Part shown: positions 49,540 through 57,700 of the stretch, piece after piece
How positions within the stretch are numbered: the first letter of the stretch is position 1
Layout of the letters: every line of letters begins with the position of its first letter
Source of the DNA: a virus
Reading direction: 5' to 3' (one strand)
Virus record (IMG/VR): IMGVR_UViG_3300016665_000370
Span: 29,978-93,977 of that record
DNA length: 64,000 nucleotides
Position numbers and translations under genes: made by a program
Notes under the pieces: generated by a model
Databases searched by the model: none
What the model saw: the letters and a program-made list of their open reading frames with translations, nothing else
Told to the model about the DNA's origin: nothing

Positions 49540-51028
49540 ATTTTCTAGAATTCTCAATTACATTTAATTTAGCAGAATATGGTCTTAAATTACTTAATGC
49601 CCAGCATTTCTTAAATTCTTCATCATTAACTGATGTATAATTAAAATTACATTTTGGTATTATATGATCTATATTCCATTTCCAAGTTGATTTATCATTA
49701 TCATCCCAAGTTTTAGAATCATATTTCCCCCAATTATCCCAATTCATCCATGGTTCAAATAATGACTCTAAATGTAATCTCAATTCTTCTATTGTATAAT
49801 TAAGAAATATCTTCTTTGAAGATTCTTTTACTATACTTCTAAAATTTGTTGTAAGTATTTTGTTTAATTTAAACTTAGGATCAACTTTACATCTTTTTTT
49901 TATATACTTTTTAGATCTTTCATTTTGAATAAATTTATTACACAATAAACAATTTTCATATACTTTCTTTAATCCATATTTAGTATTTACTTCTTTTTTA
50001 AGAAAAAATTCTTCTACTGGTTTAGTTAAATTACATTTAGTACACTTCTTTATAGTTGGATTTTCTCTAATAATAGATTTAATTTTAATATTATTTAATT
50101 TGTACCAATTTAAAATAACAGATCTATCTACATTTAATCTTTTAGCAATTTCTCTTATAGAGAGGTTTTGATTCCTTAGTTCTAGAATAGAACTTAATTG
50201 CTTTCTAGAATTCTCAATTACATTTAACTTGGCAGAATATGGTCTTAAATTATCTAATGCCCAACATTTTTTAAATTCTTCATCATTTACTGACTGATAA
50301 TTAAAATTACATTTTGGTATTATATGATCTATATTCCATGTCCATGTTGATGGATCATTATCGTTCCAAGTCTTTTTGTTATACTTACCCCAATTGTTCC
50401 AATTCATCCATGGTTCAAATAGTGATTCTAAATGCAATCTTAATTCTTCTATTGTATATGGCATAGAATCAAGTTCAGTATTCGTTTTTATATTTTTAAG
50501 TATTTTAAATATTAATATTTTTCTAAGTTTATAAGATGGATCTTTTTCTATTTTTTTACTTAAATATCTATCTCTTACTATTTTAATTTTTTCTTTATTT
50601 TTGCTAACATAATTATTCCAATTTTGTTTTATTTTATCTTTATTGTTTTCTCTATATTTTTTGTCTCTAACTTTACTATATTTTTTTTGACAAATATTAC
50701 AATAGCAATTGTATATTGTATTCTTGGATTTTAATGACTTTTTATTCTTTCTTATAGAGAAATTATCTTTTGTTTTATATAATTTACATATTTTACATTT
50801 TTTAAAATCAACATCTAAAATTAAATCATAAAAATCTTTATTATTTAAATTAATAAAATCTCTTATAGTAGATTTATTTATATTTAAGTCTCTAGCTATA
50901 TGAGCTATTGGTTTTGTTTTCAAATCATTAAAAACTTTAATAGCTATTTCATCATTTTGTATTTTTGTTGAAATATTATAAAATATATAATTTTTGTTGT
51001 AATAAATCTTATTTGTTGCAGGTCTCAT
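49523..51028 (-). CDS. Tandem fusion of two HTH / Zn-finger / HNH units
   Basis: Two copies of WNIDHIIPKCNFNY.SVNDEEFKKCWAL.NLRPYSAKLNVIENSRK, each preceded by an HTH and CxxC...CxxC. Confidence 0.87.
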   Translation of the reverse strand: MRPATNKIYYNKNYIFYNISTKIQNDEIAIKVFNDLKTKPIAHIARDLNINKSTIRDFINLNNKDFYDLILDVDFKKCKICKLYKTKDNFSIRKNKKSLKSKNTIYNCYCNICQKKYSKVRDKKYRENNKDKIKQNWNNYVSKNKEKIKIVRDRYLSKKIEKDPSYKLRKILIFKILKNIKTNTELDSMPYTIEELRLHLESLFEPWMNWNNWGKYNKKTWNDNDPSTWTWNIDHIIPKCNFNYQSVNDEEFKKCWALDNLRPYSAKLNVIENSRKQLSSILELRNQNLSIREIAKRLNVDRSVILNWYKLNNIKIKSIIRENPTIKKCTKCNLTKPVEEFFLKKEVNTKYGLKKVYENCLLCNKFIQNERSKKYIKKRCKVDPKFKLNKILTTNFRSIVKESSKKIFLNYTIEELRLHLESLFEPWMNWDNWGKYDSKTWDDNDKSTWKWNIDHIIPKCNFNYTSVNDEEFKKCWALSNLRPYSAKLNVIENSRKFDINK

Positions 51029-51063
51029 TAGAACAAATATAAAATATTTGCTTTATATGTCAA
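51029..51063 (-). promoter_or_regulatory. Sigma70-like promoter, probably leaderless
   Basis: TTGACA(51063-51058)-N16-TATATT(51041-51036)-N7-ATG(51028). Confidence 0.7.
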
Positions 51064-51065
51064 AT

Positions 51066-51099
51066 AAAAAAAGCCCAGGAAAATCCTGGGCTTTTTTTT
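51066..51099. terminator. Bidirectional intrinsic terminator after the sheath gene
   Basis: A7-GCCCAGGA-AAA-TCCTGGGC-T8. Confidence 0.92.
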
Positions 51100-51113
51100 C
51101 TATTTTATGCTAA

Positions 51114-53870
51114 TTATAGAGTTCCGACGCTAACTCTAATAAGTACAAAGTTAACTGGATAGTTTGGTTGTACTCTTACTGTGACGTTATACTGTCTTGG
51201 ATCTACAGAATCTCTGACTACTGATAAATCAGCATATGCTGTAATTAAGTTTTGAGAGACGAAGCTGTTTAGGACTTGTACTGCTCTTGTAGTCATTAAA
51301 GTTAATGTATCTGGAGTTTCTGCTGTACCTATAAAAGATCTGAAAGCAGATCTTAATATTTTAGCTAATCTATCTCTTATAAATATAATTGAGATTTCTT
51401 CTTCTTCTGGGAAGCCTGACTGAGTAGTAGTTTTGCCCCAGACTACATTACCTCCACCTTGGACTGGTTGTAGAGTAGTCACTCCAGCTTGAGCTAATAG
51501 TTCTAATTGAGTTGTAGTATAGATTTTATCTCTTAATATAGAGAATCCAGTTAATGTTTTGTTTGTTAAAGGATTTTCTAATCTTAGATCAGCTACTTCA
51601 AAGCCTGCTGCTGCGGCTGCTATATAGAATCCATCTACTAATGTATTTGAACCATTTAGACTAACTACAACTTGATCTGGAGCAAAATAAACGCATCTAT
51701 AAGTATTACCAAAAGCATCTGCTACAGAATAGTTAGCTAGATCTTCTATATTACCATTAAGTACTTCGGTTACAGAATCGCCTTGAATACCTTCTAGGAT
51801 ACCAATATCTTCTACAGCAGCATCTTCTTCTCCTGTTAGATTTTCTGGAGTTAAGCCAGCTATTGCTCCTGTAAACAATACTCTTTCTTTTTTGTTTCTT
51901 ATATTGCTCATTACTTTACAATGAGTTAAAGTATTTTGGAAAATAATAGAAGGAGTTTGTCTTGGTAATGGAACAACGATATCGCATTCTACTTTTTCTA
52001 ATGATGCTAATGCAGCTACCCAACCAGAATCATAGAACTCAGCATCATCTGTATCAATCAAAGTAACTCTTAATGCATATCCATTTGGAACAACATTTCT
52101 ATTTACGACTATATAGCTACTTGTTTCAGTAGTATCTATTAATTGATATCTTAGATCTGATTCAGATACTAATGTTTTTCTTATTGTTAATGTATTAGAA
52201 AATGAATCATAAGCGGTAATATCATATAAACCATTATTGTCATCAGATCCAGATATATAGATTTTCTTTCCTAGGATATCTGTAAATGTGCTAAAGTCAA
52301 CACCTGTTGAAGTAAATGTAGCTGTTGCTGTAGAGGCTATAGAAGTCAATGTACCATCATTATCTGAAGCTAGAACAGATCCTGTTAATTGATCTCTTAA
52401 TTCAAATACAGTAGAAGATTCGTTTACAAAGTCAGAGAATGAGTCTAGAGTTAGATATAATTGACCATTTGATACAGCGGTGATATCAAAGTCTCCATTA
52501 TTAGCTACATTGAGGGCATCGGATATTCTTAGTACTTTACCTACTGCTGAGGCATCAAAAGTTTCGGATGCAGAGAATAAGCCTTTATTATTAAAAGCTG
52601 GATCTCTAGCTAGGTAACCATCGAATGCTGTGCTTATGGCAGCATCTCTTTGGATAACGGAATAAGAGAATGAGTTTCCGCCTGGAGGAGCGACGCTATC
52701 ATTAATGAAGTCGGATACGGTTGGGAATCCTGCTTCTCCTAGAGTAAAGTATTCAAATTTATTTGGTAATAATTGAGATTCGACTCCTGTTGTATTATTT
52801 GTAACAAAGAAATGTATATTTGAATTTGAATCAGGAGTTATTCCTAATGGCAATGCAAATATAAATTCTTCATCATTAGGAGAAAGAGAATTTATAGCAT
52901 CTGTTAATTCGTAGCTTACTCTTCTAGGAGTGGAAGGAGCTGCCTGAACGGTAACTAAGCTTGAGGCACCGTTAGCTATAGCTAATTGTGCTCCTAAGCT
53001 TAAAGTATTTGTTGTAGAAGGTACTCCATGTTTATCAACTATTTGACCTAAGCCTTGTAAAGTTTCGGGATCATTGATAAAAGATTCTGGAATATAGTTA
53101 GCAGTTAATGAATCATTAGCATTGAGGACTCCGCTAGCTACTTTGATAGTAAAGCCATCACCTTCTCTAAAGGGAGAAGTTGATACAAGAGCTACTTGAG
53201 TTTCTTGTATAGCAAATTCTAGAACTCCATTAGATACGGTTGTACCATCTGCTGTCCAGATTACTGGATTACCATTTGCGTCTAATTTTGGACCTGATAT
53301 AGATCCTATTGCAATAAACTTAGCAGTTTCTTGAACTGGATTATTAGAATTATCTCTTTGAACGGATACGCAGCGAATTGTCCAAGTTTCATTTAAAGCG
53401 TTAGCATCTTCAAGAGTTAAGCTATTAATGGAACCTAAGCCAACATTTGTTGATAATGGTTTATAATCTGCGCCGCCTTGGTCAACGATATAGGCACGTT
53501 GTAATTCTAATTTTCCTGTTGATGGATCTAATCTATAATCAAATCTTGTGCTAAAAGGATTTGAGTCTATATTAACTTCTGTACCATTTAAGCGAACGCC
53601 ATTTTTAAAAATAGAAGTTCTTTTTTTTATTAATGGAGCATTGCTTAATTTAAAGTGTCTTCCATCTGCTCCTGTTGTTGAAGTGTAACTTGAATTTAGT
53701 CCATCTTTGCCACCACCAACGGCAGTTGAAACGATTGTTTCATCTGTTGAGCCTTCGCCTATTATAGCTGCAATTCTAAGACCACCAGGAACAGATACGC
53801 CTCTGGTGTTTGTAGTTACATCTGAATAGGTTCCTGGAAGTGCGGTTGTTAATCCTGGTATATTAGCCAT
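51114..53870 (-). CDS. Contractile tail sheath protein
   Basis: LPGTYSDV, AAIIGEG, WVAALASLE, HCKVMS...ERVL, PLTNK, LAQAGVTTL, EISIIFIRD, FIG, VQPNYPVNFV. Confidence 0.93.
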   Translation of the reverse strand: MANIPGLTTALPGTYSDVTTNTRGVSVPGGLRIAAIIGEGSTDETIVSTAVGGGKDGLNSSYTSTTGADGRHFKLSNAPLIKKRTSIFKNGVRLNGTEVNIDSNPFSTRFDYRLDPSTGKLELQRAYIVDQGGADYKPLSTNVGLGSINSLTLEDANALNETWTIRCVSVQRDNSNNPVQETAKFIAIGSISGPKLDANGNPVIWTADGTTVSNGVLEFAIQETQVALVSTSPFREGDGFTIKVASGVLNANDSLTANYIPESFINDPETLQGLGQIVDKHGVPSTTNTLSLGAQLAIANGASSLVTVQAAPSTPRRVSYELTDAINSLSPNDEEFIFALPLGITPDSNSNIHFFVTNNTTGVESQLLPNKFEYFTLGEAGFPTVSDFINDSVAPPGGNSFSYSVIQRDAAISTAFDGYLARDPAFNNKGLFSASETFDASAVGKVLRISDALNVANNGDFDITAVSNGQLYLTLDSFSDFVNESSTVFELRDQLTGSVLASDNDGTLTSIASTATATFTSTGVDFSTFTDILGKKIYISGSDDNNGLYDITAYDSFSNTLTIRKTLVSESDLRYQLIDTTETSSYIVVNRNVVPNGYALRVTLIDTDDAEFYDSGWVAALASLEKVECDIVVPLPRQTPSIIFQNTLTHCKVMSNIRNKKERVLFTGAIAGLTPENLTGEEDAAVEDIGILEGIQGDSVTEVLNGNIEDLANYSVADAFGNTYRCVYFAPDQVVVSLNGSNTLVDGFYIAAAAAGFEVADLRLENPLTNKTLTGFSILRDKIYTTTQLELLAQAGVTTLQPVQGGGNVVWGKTTTQSGFPEEEEISIIFIRDRLAKILRSAFRSFIGTAETPDTLTLMTTRAVQVLNSFVSQNLITAYADLSVVRDSVDPRQYNVTVRVQPNYPVNFVLIRVSVGTL

Positions 53871-53925
53871 ATTTTTTATCCATTAAAAAGTTTATCTATT
53901 AATTAATTTTTTTTATTCCTTATTT

Positions 53926-54708
53926 TTAAAACAATTCAGAAAGAATTTGATCTGTAGTTATTGTTAGATTATAAGCTGGACTTGCAGTTGATTGAGACAA
54001 GTCATCAAATTCTACTATAAAGTTTATAATTTCAAGAAATGTATTGATTGGGATTGAGCGATGCCATTCAAATCGGGTTGGTATAGTCAAAGTGTATCTA
54101 AATAATTTATCATTTCTATCTTCTTGAGCAGAAGATCCGCCTATGCTAATAGGTTTAATTAACAAGCCAGCTTCTTGTAATTGATCGAAATATATTTCGG
54201 TTAAGCACATAGCACATAATTCTGCTAAGTCATCTGCTGCTCTTAAAGATCTAGCATATATATCTATGTTTAAATTTCCATCCCAAACTCCATCTGTATT
54301 AAAGAATTCGGGTCTTGTAACTTCTGTTTGGTTTCCATATCCATCTTCATAGATATATTTTTTGTATTGAATTGTTCCTTGATTTCTATTAAAAGAAATA
54401 GGAGAATAATTAGCTCCAGAAAATTTAACAATAATAGCAGGATAAAATATTACATCAAATCTATAATTTTCTCCTATAAATAATCTTGTAGTAAGATCAT
54501 TATCAACTCCAGATCCTAAAGAAAGACCAGTATGATCTGGAGTTTTGGGAAAGCCCCATGGATCTTGCACATATCTATAAAATGTATCTTTGCTGAAAAA
54601 ATCTTTTAATGTTGCAATCACTATTTCTTTAGGATAAACAATCATACTAGATTGTACTAGATGATGCAATGTTTGCAAATCGCTACGATAATGATTGTTT
54701 GTTGCCAT
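53926..54708 (-). CDS. Putative tail terminator / neck protein
   Basis: Immediately upstream of the sheath gene; YPAIIVK...LNIDIYARS...DDLAE pattern. Confidence 0.6.
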   Translation of the reverse strand: MATNNHYRSDLQTLHHLVQSSMIVYPKEIVIATLKDFFSKDTFYRYVQDPWGFPKTPDHTGLSLGSGVDNDLTTRLFIGENYRFDVIFYPAIIVKFSGANYSPISFNRNQGTIQYKKYIYEDGYGNQTEVTRPEFFNTDGVWDGNLNIDIYARSLRAADDLAELCAMCLTEIYFDQLQEAGLLIKPISIGGSSAQEDRNDKLFRYTLTIPTRFEWHRSIPINTFLEIINFIVEFDDLSQSTASPAYNLTITTDQILSELF

Positions 54709-54723
54709 ATATTAATGATAAAA

Positions 54724-57700
54724 TTACCATTTATATTTTAATAAAATAGGAGATATTAACATATTAAGCGTTCCAGAACTTACTTGATAATTTAATCTAA
54801 CTGCCAATATTATTGGAGTCCCATTATTTATTACAAAATTATTAGATGTTAAATCAGAGCTATCTATCTCTATTGTAATGCTGGCTCCTAAAACGGCGCC
54901 ATTATATTCCGCTCCTAAAACACTATCTGTTAAAGTTGTTCCAATATATGGATCGTCTGTTAATATTGTTGGTATAGCTACAGAAGAAACATTAATATTA
55001 AGCTCTTGATTTGAAAATGTTGTAGATAATTTTGTGCAATTTATTGAAAATAAACTTAGAAGATTTAATGTCCCAGTTTCTTTTCTAATATTCATTTTAC
55101 AACCAATTATTTTTACATTTGTTGGTAAATGATTATTTAAATTCCATTGCTTTGAATACCATTTTTCATTTGTATCAGCAGTACTTAATACCGTTATTAA
55201 TGATTCAATATCTAACTGATTTGTTTGTAATGGTACTAATGTTACGGTACTATCATTAGATATGTTTTTTATTGTAGATGCTGAATTGTATTCTACTTTT
55301 TCTGTATTTAAACTAAAATTAGCATATTCTACTTGATTGATATTTTGATTTACAATCCAATTTTCAGGAAAATTTGCTTTTAATAAATTATCTACAGTTC
55401 CATCTATTGTAGAATTATCAAAAGAATTATTAGTTACTATTCCAGTGGTGCTTGAGCCAGCATCTCCTGTTAAAAAGTTATTATATTTTATATAAGAAGA
55501 AATAGAAGCTGATCTTGATATTATATTATTTGTTATTCTACATAAATTAGCTCCAACTGTAACTAAATCTAATGTAGATCCATCTGCTGAATAGCAAGTA
55601 TTAGATTCTATGTTTGCTCTAGCATCTGATCTTATATATCCAGAAGGACTATATGATACTGGAGTTCCTAAAGAGTTTACCCAACCACTTCTAAAAATAT
55701 TATTATTTGATATTGTTACATTGCCTTCTCCAAATAATCCAGGAACAGCTAAACTATTTACAGCTATTGAGTATGCTGTTAAATTATTTAATGTAGAAGT
55801 AAAAGTAGAATTAACAAAAGGAGTAAACATTGCATAACTATTATCATAAGCTGGTAAATTGTTATTACTTATAATTTTTGTAGATAATGTTGATACAGAA
55901 TATACATGAATAAAACTTGCATTATTTTTTTCTATTTTTGTAGATGGATTTACTAAACTAGTTCTATTTGTCCCATCATCTGCACCAACTACAAATGTTC
56001 TTCCATATCCATCAGATGTTCTTATATATTTACAATTATTTCTGCTTATATCTAAATCAAATTCTGAAGAATTATTTGCAGTAAATGCTAATGGCTCAGA
56101 AACAGCATTTGATTCTTTTACGCCAACAGAAGCAAAATATCCTATTGATCCACAAATATTTCCATTTATTTCTACGCTTATTGGAACTAAGTTTAAATAA
56201 ATCTTATCATCTGAATGTATTGCAGGAGCAAATATTATGTTTTGATGACTATTTGCATAATTATTGTTTATCTTTGAATTTATTAAATAATTATAAATTC
56301 CTGTGGTATTTGTTGTTGATGTATATCCAACAACATGAATTGCTGCATTCATATCTATATTTGTAAATCCAGTAGAATAAAATTGGTTTTCCGATATGCT
56401 TAAGCTATTTATTGAAGATCCATTATTTGATAACAAAACTCCAATAAATGAAAGTCTATCTGTTACATTGTTACAATTAAATGTATTTTTTTCAATTTTT
56501 ATATTTTTTATTTGAGATGTACAAGATAATCCAACAACTCCACCTGATCTATAATTACATAAATAGTTAGAATTATAAGTTGAATCATTAGCTCCGCTAA
56601 AGCTAGTTGCAATTGTATTTCCAACTACTTCTACATTTGAACAGTTAGTTAATTCAATTGCTTTTCTAAAATCTCCAGAAAATGTACTATTGTTTATTTT
56701 ATTGTTTGATCCAGATGATGTTATGAAATTTGGTGTAGCATCTATAGATGCTGTGCAATTCAATGTACCATCTAAATTCTCAATAATACAATTACTTTGT
56801 AATGAAATTACTTTATCATTTAAATAAGTTGTTCCATCATAAGTTAGCTCTATGGTACAATCAATTAACTTAGATCCTGATAAAAATATAAAATAGCCAG
56901 ATGATGATAATGAATCATATAATCCATTTATTGTGCAATTTATTAGTTGACAATTATTTATAAAAAACAAATTTGGAACACTTGATTCAAAATTTATTGT
57001 CATGTTTTTTAACACAACATTATTTATTGAAAACTTAGAATTATTTGTAAATGTTAATGTTGCATCATTTTCTCCATCTATTTCTATTAATGAAGTAGAT
57101 GTTAATGTAAATACAGATCCATCATCAAAAGTTTCGTCTGCTCCTTTTATAGATGCTTTTGAATGATAAGACTTAGATAAATTCATCCAAGTAAATAATG
57201 ATTTTACAGATCTAAAGTTTCCAAATTCTTTATCAGAAGTATATTTTAATACTAATCCATCAGAACTATAAGAAAACTTTCTAGCATCTTTAGGAGTCAA
57301 TACTACTGTAAATGGAGCAGATGATCCTGATATGGAAGAACTTACTGTATATAATAACAATAAATCTTTTCTATTTAATAATGTATTTATATTTAAAGCT
57401 TCTATTTTATAAGAACTTCCTGTTGCTGGATCTATTGCTGTAAATCTTCTTGATACAACAACATTTCCTGTAGATGAAACATCTAATATAGGATAAGTTA
57501 CATATTCATTTTTATCATTAATACAAAGAGCCCAAAGTATATTGTAATTTGTTGATAAATACAATTCTTTTAATATTGGAATTTCTATTGTATCTGCGTT
57601 CATTAATACGAACTTACCATTAACAACAGCAATTCCTCCATTTAGATAAATTTGATTATTTGCTGGATTAGGTGCATATCCATCTAAATCAAATCCTTGA

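Larger units (their letters stand above)
45301..50460. repeat. Dispersed ~250-bp repeat encoding the HNH domain, seven copies
   Basis: Approximate copies: 45301-45553 (+); 46330-46580, 47015-47115 (degenerate), 47865-48090 (divergent), 48612-48865, 49550-49805 and 50210-50460 (all -). Shared DNA includes gcagaatatggtcttaa. Confidence 0.85.

Noticed and set aside
45301-50460. CRISPR array or diversity-generating retroelement template/variable repeats
   Set aside because: The repeats are long, coding and irregularly spaced. No reverse transcriptase or cas gene is present, and differences are not confined to adenines.
15321-53870. Bacterial contractile injection system or tailocin instead of a phage
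   Set aside because: The linked replication genes, sigma factor, RNR, frameshifted chaperones and neck-like genes indicate a phage genome.
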